DNA of 64,000 nt from Alphaproteobacteria bacterium. GTDB taxonomy: Bacteria; Pseudomonadota; Alphaproteobacteria; Bin95. The position numbers and the translations under genes are program-made. Of this stretch, positions 1 to 10,174 are shown in pieces (position 1 is the first letter of the stretch; every line of letters begins with the position of its first letter). The notes under the pieces are model-generated. The model saw nothing but the letters and a program-made list of their open reading frames with translations, did not search any database and was not told where the DNA came from. The stretch spans positions 288,001 through 352,000 of the forward strand of contig OZ219787.1 in assembly GCA_964291285.2 (NCBI GenBank). The letters run 5' to 3'.

Positions 1-133
1 CGGCGACGACGACGTGCTGGAAAAGGTGCTGGCCGACCTCAGCGCGCAGGGCATAGACACCGACGCCCGGCGGCTGCGCAACCGCATGGAGGAGCTGCTC
101 CAGGAGGCCAAGGCGCAGATCATGGCGGATTAG
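1..133 (+). CDS. DUF1476 family protein (ATP synthase zeta inhibitor-like), 3' part only
   Basis: Frame 2 reads GDDDVLEKVLADLSAQGIDTDARRLRNRMEELLQEAKAQIMAD* to TAG at 131-133, typical of the DUF1476 C-terminus. Confidence 0.75.
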   Translation, partial: GDDDVLEKVLADLSAQGIDTDARRLRNRMEELLQEAKAQIMAD

Positions 134-150
134 CGCCGCCTCGCGCCCCC

Positions 151-1293
151 TCAGCAGTCGCGCCAGCGGCGGGCGAGGGCCTCATATGCTTCCGCCGCCT
201 CGGCGATATGCGCTACGGGGCAGTATTCGTCGGTCTGGTGCGCCATGTGCATCTCGCCCGGCCCGAGGATCACGGTCGGCGGGTGGCCGCAGGCCGGCGT
301 CAGTGCGGAGGCGTCGGTGAAATAGGGCGCGCCGCGCGGCTCGATGCTTTCGCCGAGCAGCGGCTCCATCAGCCGCCAGACCTCCCGGATCCACGGGTGG
401 GTATGCGGGGTATGGACGCCGCCCACATCGACGATACGCGCGATCCGGTTCTCGCCGCCGAGATAACCCTCGAGGCCGGAGACGATCCTGTCATGGTCCT
501 GCTCCGGCAGGGTGCGGATATCGACGGTGAAGGCGGCGCGGTCCGGCACCGAGTTGAGGTTCTGGCCGCCCTCCATGGTGCCGACATTGAGGGTCGAGCG
601 GCCCAGCAGCTCGTGCGGCTTCACGTTGAAGTCGAAATCCTCGAGCTTCGTCACCGCGCGCGCCGCCCTGTAGATGGCGTTCACGCCCCGCTCCGGCATC
701 GAGCCGTGGGCGGCGACGCCTTCCGTCTCCACCCTGAGCCAGAGCGCGCCCTTGTGGCCGAGGACGGGGTAGTTCGCCGTCGGCTCCGCGATGACGATGG
801 CGCCGGCCTCGCCGAGCACGCCGGTCCTGCCCAGATGGGAGGAGCCCTCGCAACCGGTCTCCTCGCCGGCGCAGATCGCGAGCACGATGTCCGCATTCCC
901 CCGCTTTTGGTCGGCCGCGAGCTTCATCGCGGCATGGACGAAGGCGGCGACGCCGGATTTCATGTCGGTCGAGCCGCGCCCGTATAGCCTGTCGTCGATG
1001 ATCTCGGCGCCGAAGGGATCGACCGACCACTCCTTCGCGCCCAAGGGCACCACGTCGATGTGCCCGCCGAAGCACAGCGGCTTCTTCCGGTCCGCGGCGT
1101 CTCCCAGGCCCCGCAACAGGGCGACAAGGCTCGTCCGCCCCGGCGCGAAGTCGTGATAGGAGACTTCGAGACCTGCGCCGGCGAGCAGGTCGCCCAGATA
1201 GCGCGCGCACTCGGCTTCCCGGCCGGGCGGGTTGCGCGTGTCCATGCGGACCAGGTCCCTGGCGATGTCGAGCGCGGACGGAATGGGGGGCAT
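151..1293 (-). CDS. M20 family metallopeptidase (ArgE/DapE-like deacylase)
   Basis: GHIDVVP, GRGSTDMKSG, GEETG, EPT and C-terminal AHQTDE metal-binding motifs. Confidence 0.9.
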   Translation of the reverse strand: MPPIPSALDIARDLVRMDTRNPPGREAECARYLGDLLAGAGLEVSYHDFAPGRTSLVALLRGLGDAADRKKPLCFGGHIDVVPLGAKEWSVDPFGAEIIDDRLYGRGSTDMKSGVAAFVHAAMKLAADQKRGNADIVLAICAGEETGCEGSSHLGRTGVLGEAGAIVIAEPTANYPVLGHKGALWLRVETEGVAAHGSMPERGVNAIYRAARAVTKLEDFDFNVKPHELLGRSTLNVGTMEGGQNLNSVPDRAAFTVDIRTLPEQDHDRIVSGLEGYLGGENRIARIVDVGGVHTPHTHPWIREVWRLMEPLLGESIEPRGAPYFTDASALTPACGHPPTVILGPGEMHMAHQTDEYCPVAHIAEAAEAYEALARRWRDC

Positions 1294-1302
1294 GGCAGGC
1301 GG

Positions 1303-2475
1303 CTACCCCGTCTCCTCCATGAGCTCGCGCCCGATGAGCCAGCGGCGGATTTCGCTGGTGCCCGCGCCGATCTCGTAGAGCTTGGCGTCGCGGACCACGC
1401 GCCCGACGGGGCTTTCGTTGACATAGCCCATGCCGCCCAGGCACTGGACCGCCTCCAGCGCCAGCCAGGTCGCCTTCTCCGCGGCGTAGAGGATGGCGCC
1501 GGCGGCGTCCTTGCGGGTCGTGTCGCCCCGGTCGCAGGCCTGCGCCACCGCATACACATAGGCCCGGCAGGCGTTCATCGTCACATACATGTCGGCGAGC
1601 TTGCCCTGCATGAGCTGGAAGGAGCCGATCGGCTGGCCGAACTGCCGGCGCTCATGCAGATAGGGCACGGCCGCATCCATCGCCGCCTGCATGAGGCCGA
1701 GCGGCCCGCCGGCGAGCACCAGGCGTTCGTAGTCGAGGCCGCTCATCAGCACCCGCACGCCTTCGTTCTCGCAGCCGAGAAGGTTCTCCTCCGGCACCTC
1801 GCAATCCTCGAAGATGAGTTCGCTGGTGCCCGAGCCGCGCATGCCGAGCTTGTCGAGCTTCTGCCCGGGCCGGAAGCCCCGGAAGCCGCTCTCGACCAGG
1901 AAGGCGGAGATGCCGTGCGGGCCGGCGTCCGGCGCGGTCCTGGCATAGACGACCAGCACATCGGCGTCCGGGCCGTTGGTGCACCACATCTTGGTGCCGT
2001 TCAGCACATATCGGGAGCCGCGCCTGTCCGCCCGGCAGGACATGGCGACCACGTCCGAGCCCGCGCCCGGCTCGCTCATGGAGAGCGCCCCCACATGCTC
2101 GCCCGAGATCAGCTTCGGCAGGTAGCGGCGCTTCTGCGCCTCCGTGCCGTTGCGGCGGATCTGGTTGACGCAGAGATTGGAATGCGCCCCGTAGGAGAGG
2201 CCGACCGCTCCGGAGGCGCGGCTGACCTCCTCCATCGCCACGACATGGGCGGTGTAGCCCATCTCCGCGCCGCCGAACTCCTCCTCCACGGTGATGCCGT
2301 GCAGGCCGAGCGCGCCCATTTCCGGCCAGAGCTCGCGCGGGAACTCGTTGGACCGGTCGATGGCGTCGGCGCGCGGCAGGATCTCGTCCGCCGCGAAGGT
2401 CTCGACCGAGGCGCGCAGCAGATCGACCGCTTCGCCCAGGCCGAAGTCGAACGGCGGGAGCGCGTTGGGGCGCAT
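1303..2475 (-). CDS. ivd: Isovaleryl-CoA dehydrogenase
   Basis: [52 protein letters not shown]. Confidence 0.93.
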   Translation of the reverse strand: MRPNALPPFDFGLGEAVDLLRASVETFAADEILPRADAIDRSNEFPRELWPEMGALGLHGITVEEEFGGAEMGYTAHVVAMEEVSRASGAVGLSYGAHSNLCVNQIRRNGTEAQKRRYLPKLISGEHVGALSMSEPGAGSDVVAMSCRADRRGSRYVLNGTKMWCTNGPDADVLVVYARTAPDAGPHGISAFLVESGFRGFRPGQKLDKLGMRGSGTSELIFEDCEVPEENLLGCENEGVRVLMSGLDYERLVLAGGPLGLMQAAMDAAVPYLHERRQFGQPIGSFQLMQGKLADMYVTMNACRAYVYAVAQACDRGDTTRKDAAGAILYAAEKATWLALEAVQCLGGMGYVNESPVGRVVRDAKLYEIGAGTSEIRRWLIGRELMEETG

Positions 2476-2493
2476 GGGATGCCTCCGGGGCGT

Positions 2494-3330
2494 TCAGCCC
2501 ACTGCAAGCGAGGCGTTGCGCCGGTCCGTCACCAGCATGTGGGCCGGCGTGTGGGTGACGGCGAGCGGCGGCCTCGCCGAGCGCACCGCGACCTGCGGCG
2601 TCACCCCGCAGGCCCAGAAGACCGGCATTTCATCGGGCGCAAGCATCGGGTCGTCGCCCTGCCAGGCGCGGCCGATATCCTCGATGCCGATGAGCTCCGG
2701 CATGCCGAGATGCACAGGCGCGCCATGCACGCGCGGATAGCGGCTGGTGATCTGCACGGCCTTGACCGCATCCGCCGGCGTGAACGGCCGCATCGACACG
2801 ACCATCTTGCCGGAGAACCGGCCGGCGGGCGCGCAGTCGATATCGGTCAGGAACATCGGGCACACGCTGCCGTCCTCCCAGTGGCGGAGCCTGAGGCCGG
2901 CATCCACCAGCGGTTCCTCGAAGGAGAAGGAGCAACCAAGCGCGAAGACCACGAAATCGTCCCGCCAGAGATCCTCGATGCTCACGACATCGCCGTCATA
3001 TTCGCCGTCCCGGAACACCCGGTAGCTGGAGAGGTCCGTCCTGATGTCGAGGTCCTCCGCCAGCTCCGGCAGGCGGGGGTCGCCCGGCTCGGACACGGCC
3101 AGCAGCGGGCAGGGCTTCGGGTTGCGGTGGCAGAACCGGAGGAACTCGTCCGCATAGTCCTCGGGCAGGATCGCCAGATTGGCCTGCACATAGCCCTTGG
3201 CGAGCGCGCCGGTATGGCCGCGATATTCGCCGGTGCGGATATGGCGCCGGACTTCCCGCGGGTCGGTCGTGTCCCATGCGAGCCCGAGCCCGTGGGGGGC
3301 TTCGGCCAGAGCGGTTGCGAATGCGTTCAT
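2494..3330 (-). CDS. Putative hydro-lyase (DUF1445 / D-glutamate cyclase family)
   Basis: GYVQANL, FCHRNPKPCPLL, LGCSFSFEE, VFWACGVTPQ motifs. Confidence 0.88.
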   Translation of the reverse strand: MNAFATALAEAPHGLGLAWDTTDPREVRRHIRTGEYRGHTGALAKGYVQANLAILPEDYADEFLRFCHRNPKPCPLLAVSEPGDPRLPELAEDLDIRTDLSSYRVFRDGEYDGDVVSIEDLWRDDFVVFALGCSFSFEEPLVDAGLRLRHWEDGSVCPMFLTDIDCAPAGRFSGKMVVSMRPFTPADAVKAVQITSRYPRVHGAPVHLGMPELIGIEDIGRAWQGDDPMLAPDEMPVFWACGVTPQVAVRSARPPLAVTHTPAHMLVTDRRNASLAVG

Positions 3331-3408
3331 GACTCCTCCTCGCCGGGACGTCCCGACACGCCGTTATGTCTTCCGGGCCGGGAGTTTAGCCCGGATGTTA
3401 CCGTTCGG

Positions 3409-4647
3409 TCACGGCTTCAGCGCGAGAATGCGGTCGAGGACAGGCAGGAGGTAGCGGCGGAAGGCTTCCGGGTTCTCGGACATCGGGAAGTGGCCGACAT
3501 CCTTCATCACCTCGAAATGCGCCGCGCCGATCAGCTCCGCAAGCTCCCGGCCCATTTCCGGCGTCGCTGACACATCGTAGTCGCCGCTCAGCAGGTAGAT
3601 CGGGCAGTCCGAGTCCGCGAGCGCCGCCGCGCCGCCGTTGCGGAGGTCGCCGTCCTCGAAATAGTAGTGCAGGTCGCCGGCGAAGACCCCCGGGCCGCCC
3701 TGCATGTAGTGCCACATGGTCTCCCACCGCTCTGCCGCGGGCGAGCCGGGCGCCGTCATGCCGGCCATCGAGGCGCCCGCCGCCATGCCCGCATGGATGT
3801 CCGGCCGGGCGAGCGCCAAACCCGGCACGGGGTCGCCCAGGCTCCGGTCCTCGGCGTAGAGCGCCGATTGCAGCCCGATCGCCGCCCGGAAGCGCGCGCC
3901 GTGGCGGAGCGCCAGATGCAGCACGGCGCGGCCGCCGATGGAACAGCCCATGACGACGGGCCGCTCCAGTTGGAGCGCGTCGGCGACGGCCATCACCGTC
4001 TCCACATAGGAGTCGGTGGTGAGCCGGTACACCTCCTTCCCGAAGCCCTCGGGCGGGGAGGACTTGCCGTGCCAGGGCAGGTCGAAGGCGATGACGCGGA
4101 AGCGTGCCGTCACCTCCGGGTCGTTCAGGATATGGCGGTATTGCCGCCCGTCGCTGCCGGCGGTGTGCAGGCAGAGCAGCGGCACGCCCGCGCCCGCCTC
4201 CTCGAAATAGAGCCGGTGCGCGCGGCCGCCGATCCCGAGCCTGAGATAACGCCCGGTCACGGGCTCCACCTCCGGCGCGGCGGGCGGGCCGGCCTCCGGG
4301 CGGTCGTCCTCCAGACGCGAGAACAGCATCTCCAGCAGCAGCAGGTGACGCTGGAATTTCGCCATGTCGCCCGTCACGGTGAGATGCCGGGCGCGGCGCA
4401 TGGTGGCTACGGTCTGGAAGCCCGGCGCCGGGGCCTCCTTGCAAAGCTCCGCCCAGGCTTCCGGGGCCGCGCTCATCACGAGGTCCGCACCACCGGAGGC
4501 GAAGGGTCCGAAGCGAACGCCGCCCGCGTCTATGGTGACGAAGACCGTCTCGCCGCCCGAGCGGAGTTCCAGCACGAGCGGCCCGAAGCCGCGCTGCAGA
4601 GCGATATGCGGATTGGCGTTGGCGCGTTCCGCCAGATAGTCGAACAC
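3409..4647 (-). CDS. Alpha/beta hydrolase with an N-terminal extension (possibly SCP2-like)
   Basis: CLHTAG, FDLPWHGKS, nucleophile elbow GCSIGG, C-terminal GHFPMSENP. Confidence 0.8.
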   Translation of the reverse strand: MFDYLAERANANPHIALQRGFGPLVLELRSGGETVFVTIDAGGVRFGPFASGGADLVMSAAPEAWAELCKEAPAPGFQTVATMRRARHLTVTGDMAKFQRHLLLLEMLFSRLEDDRPEAGPPAAPEVEPVTGRYLRLGIGGRAHRLYFEEAGAGVPLLCLHTAGSDGRQYRHILNDPEVTARFRVIAFDLPWHGKSSPPEGFGKEVYRLTTDSYVETVMAVADALQLERPVVMGCSIGGRAVLHLALRHGARFRAAIGLQSALYAEDRSLGDPVPGLALARPDIHAGMAAGASMAGMTAPGSPAAERWETMWHYMQGGPGVFAGDLHYYFEDGDLRNGGAAALADSDCPIYLLSGDYDVSATPEMGRELAELIGAAHFEVMKDVGHFPMSENPEAFRRYLLPVLDRILALKP

Positions 4648-4713
4648 GGGTTCCGGTTCCTTGGCGCTGCGGTCGCGCTGAGCGTAGCAGGGGCCGATGC
4701 GGGCCGGATAGCG

Positions 4714-5478
4714 CTATCTGAGCCCGAAGGCGGCGTTGGCCATGATGTAGAGGCCGAGCGCCAGCACGGCGAGGAAGAACACCCGCCGGAAACGCGCCTC
4801 GGAGAGCCGCCGCCTAAGCAGCAGCCCGAGCCCCATGCCGAGGAAGGCCGGCGCGAGCGCGGCGGCCGACGCGAGCCCGAGCGGCCCGTCGAGCAGGCCG
4901 TGGCGCTCCAGCGAGACGGCGAGCGCCACGGTCGAGACGGTGAACAGCATGCCCATGGCCTGCACGAGTGCATCGCGGCCGAGGCCGATGGCCTGGAGGT
5001 AGAGCACGCCGGGCACGACGAAGGAGCCGGTCATGCCGGTGAGCACGCCGTTCACGGTGCCGAAGACCGGTCCCGTCCAGCTCTGCCAGCGCGCCGGAAT
5101 CGAGATGCCCAGCCCTGCGAGCCCCTGCGCCGCATAGGCCGCGAGCAGCAGGCCGAGAAGGCCGGAGAGCAGCGCGAGATCGATGCTGACGAGCGCGGCC
5201 GCGCCGATCCACACGGTGAGCGCGGCAGCGGCAAGGAAGGGCCAGAGCCGCCGGATGAGCGCCCGCCCGTTCCCGCCCACGACCGCCTGCAGGAGATTGG
5301 TGGCGAAGGAGGGCGCCACCATCAGCGCCATGGCCGTGGTGAGGTCGAAGGCGGCCGTCAGGAGGCCGAGGCTCACGGTCGGCAGCCCGAGCCCCACCAC
5401 CCCCTTCACGGCGCCCGCAAGCAGGAAGACACCCGCGATCAGCGCAACCGAGGCAGGATCGAACATGATTGCTGTCAC
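4714..5478 (-). CDS. Sulfite exporter TauE/SafE family membrane protein
   Basis: Hydrophobic 254-aa ORF with AGAVKGVVGLGLP and GVLTGMTGS repeated halves. Confidence 0.85.
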   Translation of the reverse strand: MTAIMFDPASVALIAGVFLLAGAVKGVVGLGLPTVSLGLLTAAFDLTTAMALMVAPSFATNLLQAVVGGNGRALIRRLWPFLAAAALTVWIGAAALVSIDLALLSGLLGLLLAAYAAQGLAGLGISIPARWQSWTGPVFGTVNGVLTGMTGSFVVPGVLYLQAIGLGRDALVQAMGMLFTVSTVALAVSLERHGLLDGPLGLASAAALAPAFLGMGLGLLLRRRLSEARFRRVFFLAVLALGLYIMANAAFGLR

Positions 5479-5487
5479 GCTATTGCG

Positions 5488-5832
5488 TCATTCCTTTACC
5501 GGCGGAACCAACGGTTCGAGCATCGCGACGAGGACGGGCATCTCATCGGCCGCCGTCTTCCAAACGATATCGAGGTCTATGTCCCAGTAGGCGTGAACCA
5601 GGCGATTTCGCATTCCGACTATTTCAACCCAAGGGATTTCAGGCAGTTGCGCGCGTCCGGTTTCGCTTGTTCGCGCGGCAGCTTCACCGACAATTTCGAT
5701 CAGCTTGACCAGGGACCGTGCCAGATGGCGGTCTTCCCCAAGATCGCCCCGTTGCCGTCCTCTTACGGACGAAACTGCTTCACTGGCGGCATCCAGCATG
5801 TGCCGCAGGCGAACCTCGTCACTCTTGCGCAT
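5488..5832 (-). CDS. HepT-like HEPN ribonuclease toxin (DUF86)
   Basis: [21 protein letters not shown] (RX4HXY motif); overlaps the upstream MNT gene. Confidence 0.9.
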   Translation of the reverse strand: MRKSDEVRLRHMLDAASEAVSSVRGRQRGDLGEDRHLARSLVKLIEIVGEAAARTSETGRAQLPEIPWVEIVGMRNRLVHAYWDIDLDIVWKTAADEMPVLVAMLEPLVPPVKE

Positions 5833-6124
5833 ATTGGAGTTCGGCTTCGTCCATCACCTGCTGGCGAAAGTACCGGCTCAGGTCTCCAGGTGTCCTCAGA
5901 TCGACCTTGCGGCCGTCGAACAACCCGGAAAGCTCCAACTCCATTCCCGTGAGTCGGATCAGGCCCGGAACACGCTCGGGATCGAATTCGACCAGAAGGT
6001 CGATATCGCTGTCCGGTCCGAAATCGTCGCGGAGCGCGGATCCGAAAACAGAGAGCCGCCTTATCCCGTTCGCCCGGCAGAATGCCGCCAACCTCCGCTT
6101 GGGCACGGCCAGTTGCGGGTTCAT
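5819..6124 (-). CDS. Minimal nucleotidyltransferase antitoxin (MntA-like)
   Basis: [21 protein letters not shown] (GSX10DXD) and RKVDL; adjacent to HEPN gene. Confidence 0.9.
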   Translation of the reverse strand: MNPQLAVPKRRLAAFCRANGIRRLSVFGSALRDDFGPDSDIDLLVEFDPERVPGLIRLTGMELELSGLFDGRKVDLRTPGDLSRYFRQQVMDEAELQYAQE

Positions 6125-6138
6125 CGCTCCCGCCTCCT

Positions 6139-6615
6139 TTAACCGTCGTTCGCGGAAAGGCCGTCCCCGTCGCCGTCCTGCTGCACGGCTTCGGCGAAGC
6201 GGTCGAAGAACTGGCCGGCCAGCTTGCGCGCCGTGCCCTGGATGAGGCGCGAGCCGATCTGGGCGAGCTTGCCGCCCACCTGCGCGTCCGCCTCATAGGT
6301 CAGCACCGTGGCATCCCCGTCCTCGGCGAGCCTGACCCACGCCCCGCCGCGCGCGAAGCCTGCCGCCCCGCCCGTGCCCTCGCCGGAGATGCGGTAGCGT
6401 TCCGGGGCCACGATGTCGGTAAGCTCGACCGCGCCGGCGAAGGTCGCCTTCACCGGCCCGACCTTCGCCTGGACCGTTGCGGCGAAGGCGTTGTCGGCGG
6501 TCTTCTCCAGCTCCTGGCAGCCGGGAATCGCGGCCTTCAGCACTTCGGGGTCGTTGAGCGCCTGCCAGACCGTCTCGCGCGGGGCCTCGATGCGCCGTTC
6601 GCCGGTGAGTTCCAT
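6139..6615 (-). CDS. coxG: CoxG / SRPBCC family protein
   Basis: [36 protein letters not shown]. Confidence 0.85.
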   Translation of the reverse strand: MELTGERRIEAPRETVWQALNDPEVLKAAIPGCQELEKTADNAFAATVQAKVGPVKATFAGAVELTDIVAPERYRISGEGTGGAAGFARGGAWVRLAEDGDATVLTYEADAQVGGKLAQIGSRLIQGTARKLAGQFFDRFAEAVQQDGDGDGLSANDG

Positions 6616-6783
6616 GGGTAGGGCAGCCTCCGCGCTTGCCGGAACGGGAACCCGCGCACTCTAACCCGCCTGCGGCAACCCGCAAATGCCGCCGTCTTGG
6701 CCGGGGACCGGCGCTGGGGCATATTGGCCCGTCCTGCGCGCCGGCGGGCCCGGCGGCTTCGGGGGGCTATCGGGGAGGGATCC

Positions 6784-8205
6784 ATGCGTGTGCTTGCCGC
6801 ATCCATTTCGGCCTTGCTGCTCGGCACCGGACCGGCGCTCGCCGCCGGCGCGGGCGCGCCGCATCTGGACGGCGGAGAGCTGGGCCTGATCTGGTGCGTG
6901 CCCTTCGTCGGCATCCTGTTGTCGATCGCGCTCTTCCCGCTGCTGGCGCCGACCTTCTGGCACCACCATTTCGGCAAGGTGTCGGCCTTCTGGGCGTTCG
7001 CCTTCCTGCTGCCCTTTCTCGTGGTGTTCGGCTGGGAGCTCACCCTGTTCGAGATCCTGCATGTCGGGCTGCTCGAATACATCCCCTTCATCATCCTGCT
7101 GCTCTCGCTCTTCACCGTGGCCGGCGGCATCCGGCTCACCGGCCGGCTGGTCGGCACGCCCGTCGTCAACACCGGCATCCTGCTGCTCGGCACGGTGCTG
7201 GCGAGCTGGATGGGCACCACGGGCGCGGCGATGCTGCTCATCCGCCCGATCATCCGGGCCAACGAGTGGCGCCGCTACAAGGTCCACACCATGGTGTTCT
7301 TCATCTTCCTGGTGGCGAACATCGGCGGCTCGCTGACGCCCCTGGGAGACCCGCCGCTGTTCCTGGGGTTCCTGAAGGGCGTCGATTTCTTCTGGCCGAC
7401 CGAGGCGATGCTGGTGCCGATGCTGCTCGTCTCCGTCCTGCTGCTGGTGCTCTATTACGGCGTGGACAGCTTCCTCTACCGGCGCGAGACGGGTGCGCCC
7501 TCGGAGGAGGACGAAGGCGACGGCGAAAGCCTCGGCGTCACGGGCAAGGTCAACTTCCTGCTGCTCGCCGGCGTCGTCGCCGCGGTGCTGATGTCGGGCG
7601 TGTGGCGGCCGGGCGTCTCCTTCGACGTCTTCCATGTGACCGTGGAGCTTCAGAACCTCTGCCGCGACCTCGCCCTGCTCGCCATCGCATACCTGTCCTG
7701 GGTCGTCACCGACCGGGCCAACCGGGACGCCAACGGCTTCTCCTGGTTCCCGATCCTGGAGGTGGGCAAGCTGTTCGCCGGCATCTTCCTCACCATCGTG
7801 CCGGCCATCGCCATACTGCGCGCGGGCACCTCGGGCGCGCTGGAGCCGGTGGTCTCGCTGGTCACGGGCGCGGACGGCCAGCCGGTCGAGGCGATGTATT
7901 TCTGGCTGACCGGCATCCTGTCGGGCTTCCTCGACAATGCGCCGACCTACCTCGTCTTCTTCAACACCGCCGGCGGCGACGCGGAGACCCTGATGGGGCC
8001 GCTCTACGGCACACTGCTCGCGATCTCGGCGGGCGCGGTGTTCATGGGCGCCAACACCTATATCGGCAACGCGCCGAACTTCATGGTGCGGGCGATCTGC
8101 GAGGAGCGCGGCATCCCGATGCCGAGCTTCTTCGGCTACATGGCCTGGTCCGTCGGTATCCTGGCGCCGATCTTCCTGCTGGTAACGCTGGTCTTCTTCC
8201 CGTAG
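6784..8205 (+). CDS. Ion-transporter superfamily permease (sodium:proton antiporter / putative citrate transporter)
   Basis: ANIGGSLTPLGDPPLFLGF, SGFLDNAPTY, TYIGNAPNFMV; start placed at ATG 6784. Confidence 0.85.
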   Translation: MRVLAASISALLLGTGPALAAGAGAPHLDGGELGLIWCVPFVGILLSIALFPLLAPTFWHHHFGKVSAFWAFAFLLPFLVVFGWELTLFEILHVGLLEYIPFIILLLSLFTVAGGIRLTGRLVGTPVVNTGILLLGTVLASWMGTTGAAMLLIRPIIRANEWRRYKVHTMVFFIFLVANIGGSLTPLGDPPLFLGFLKGVDFFWPTEAMLVPMLLVSVLLLVLYYGVDSFLYRRETGAPSEEDEGDGESLGVTGKVNFLLLAGVVAAVLMSGVWRPGVSFDVFHVTVELQNLCRDLALLAIAYLSWVVTDRANRDANGFSWFPILEVGKLFAGIFLTIVPAIAILRAGTSGALEPVVSLVTGADGQPVEAMYFWLTGILSGFLDNAPTYLVFFNTAGGDAETLMGPLYGTLLAISAGAVFMGANTYIGNAPNFMVRAICEERGIPMPSFFGYMAWSVGILAPIFLLVTLVFFP

Positions 8206-8209
8206 CGGG

Positions 8210-8677
8210 CTAGCGGTCCACGCGGCGCCAGGAGAGGCGGTCGCCGGGCGCCATGCCGAGGCGGCGCGCCGTCCCGCCGGCAAGTTCGAGCACCATGCGC
8301 GCCGGATGCGGCGAGGAGATGGTGAGCCGGGAGCGCGGCACGGCGTTGGGGAAGACATGCACGATGCGCCCGTCCGCAGCGATGAACAGCATGTCGAGCG
8401 GCAGCCAGGTATCGGCCATCCACATGGTCGGCCGCTCGCGCTCGGGGAAGAGGAACAGCATGCCGGCATCGGGCGCGAGCGTGCGGCGGAACATGAGGCC
8501 GCGCGCCCGTTGGTCCGGCGTCTCGGCAAGCTCGACATGGAAGAGGCGGACGCCCGCGGCCGTCTCGATCCGCACCTCGCCGCGCCCGAACGCGATGTCC
8601 CCGGCAAAGGCCGTCGGCACCGCCGTCAGCAGCGCCGCCAGCACCCCCAGCACGCCGAACCCGTATCGCTGCCGCAT
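8210..8677 (-). CDS. DUF192 family exported protein
   Basis: Signal peptide then VELAETPDQRARGLMFR, GMLFLF, WM.DT.LPLDMLFI, VLEL; only the last 155 aa of the 1098-aa ORF. Confidence 0.88.
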   Translation of the reverse strand: MRQRYGFGVLGVLAALLTAVPTAFAGDIAFGRGEVRIETAAGVRLFHVELAETPDQRARGLMFRRTLAPDAGMLFLFPERERPTMWMADTWLPLDMLFIAADGRIVHVFPNAVPRSRLTISSPHPARMVLELAGGTARRLGMAPGDRLSWRRVDR

Positions 8678-8833
8678 GGAACAGCTCCCGTTTTGCGCCG
8701 GTATTTGTACCGCCGTCCCCGCCCGGTCGCCACGTCCCAGAGGGCGGCGCTGTTTCCGGGGTGGGAGGAGTTCATTATTCTCCGGCCGGCGATGCGCCGG
8801 GAATAACCGGGCGCATTCGGCGGGAGCAGGGCG

Positions 8834-10165
8834 ATGCGGCAGGCCGGGAGCGCCTATTTCAACGCCGCGGTCGAGACGATGTCGGCCGACGAGACCGCCG
8901 CGATGCAGCAGGCGAAACTCGCCCGCCAGCTCGACTATCTGAAGGCGAAATCGCCCTTCCATGCCGCGAAGCTCGCCGAGGCGGGGGCCGAACCCGGCGA
9001 CATCCGCTCGCTTGCAGACCTCGCCCGGCTGCCGTTCACCGACAAGACCGAGCTCAGGGAGAGCCAGAGGCGCGACCCGCCGCTCGGCAGCCATGCCGCC
9101 GCGCCGATGGAAAATGTGGTGCGCGTGCATGCCTCCTCGGGCACCACCGGAACGCCTTCCTTCATCGGTCTGACCGCCTATGACGCAAGGCGCTGGGCCG
9201 AGTGCATCGCGCGCAGCTACTGGGCGCAGGGGCTTCGTCCGGGGAGCGTCTTCGCGATGGGGCTCAGCATCGGTTTCTTCGTCGGCGGCCTGCCGGTCGC
9301 CGCGGCGGTGGAGGCCGTCGGCGCAACCCTGCTCCCCATCGGCACGGGCGCATCCGACCGGCTCATCGCATCCATCCGGTCGATGAAGGCGGACGTGCTC
9401 GCGACGACGCCCTCCTACGCCCTTTACCTCGCCGAGCTTGCGCGGGAGGAAATGGGCGTCGATCCGGCAGCGCTCGGTGTAAAGCGGGTCATGGTCGGCG
9501 CCGAGCCCGGCGGCGGCGTTCCCGGGATAAGGGCGCAGATCGAGGAAAGGTGGGGCGCGCGCTGCACGGAAGCCGTCGGCATTGCCGACCTCATCACCAT
9601 CCACAGCGCCGAGTGCGAGGCGCGGGACGGCTGCCATTTCATGGTGCCGGACTATCTCGTCATGGAGATCGTCGATCCGGAGACAGGCGCCATCATCCCG
9701 CCGGACAGGCCCGAAATCGAGGGCGAGCTGGTCTTCACCCATATCGACCGCGAGTGCAATCCGATGCTGCGCTTCCGCACCCGCGACCGTGTCATCGTGA
9801 AGACCGGGCCCTGCGGTTGCGGGCGCACCGGGCCGCGGCTGCGCTGCATCGGGCGCACGGACGACATGCTGATCCTTCGCGGCGTCAATGTCTGGCCGTC
9901 GGCGGTCCGGGACGTGGTCGCCGGGTTCCGCCCGGAGGCGACCGGCGAAATGCTGATCCGGGTGGAAGGCGAGGGGCCGAAGGTCGATCCGCCGCTCCGG
10001 GTCCGGGTCGAGGCGGGCAGCGCGGCCGGCGCGGGCCTTGCGGCGCGGATCGAGCAGGCGATTCGCGCAAAGCTCATCGTCCAGGCCAGGGTCGAACTCG
10101 TTCCGCGCGGCGTGCTGCCGCGCACCGAGATGAAAGCGAAGCTCGTGGAGCGCAACATTTCCTGA
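8834..10165 (+). CDS. Phenylacetate-CoA ligase family (PaaK-like) acyl-CoA ligase
   Basis: HASSGTTG, TPSYALYL, GAEPG, LRFRTRD, GRTDDMLILRGVNVWPS. Confidence 0.88.
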   Translation: MRQAGSAYFNAAVETMSADETAAMQQAKLARQLDYLKAKSPFHAAKLAEAGAEPGDIRSLADLARLPFTDKTELRESQRRDPPLGSHAAAPMENVVRVHASSGTTGTPSFIGLTAYDARRWAECIARSYWAQGLRPGSVFAMGLSIGFFVGGLPVAAAVEAVGATLLPIGTGASDRLIASIRSMKADVLATTPSYALYLAELAREEMGVDPAALGVKRVMVGAEPGGGVPGIRAQIEERWGARCTEAVGIADLITIHSAECEARDGCHFMVPDYLVMEIVDPETGAIIPPDRPEIEGELVFTHIDRECNPMLRFRTRDRVIVKTGPCGCGRTGPRLRCIGRTDDMLILRGVNVWPSAVRDVVAGFRPEATGEMLIRVEGEGPKVDPPLRVRVEAGSAAGAGLAARIEQAIRAKLIVQARVELVPRGVLPRTEMKAKLVERNIS

Positions 10166-10174
10166 GGTGCGGCG

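Noticed and set aside
6139-6615. coxG as evidence of CO oxidation
   Set aside because: No coxLMS in the window; CoxG-like genes are widespread.
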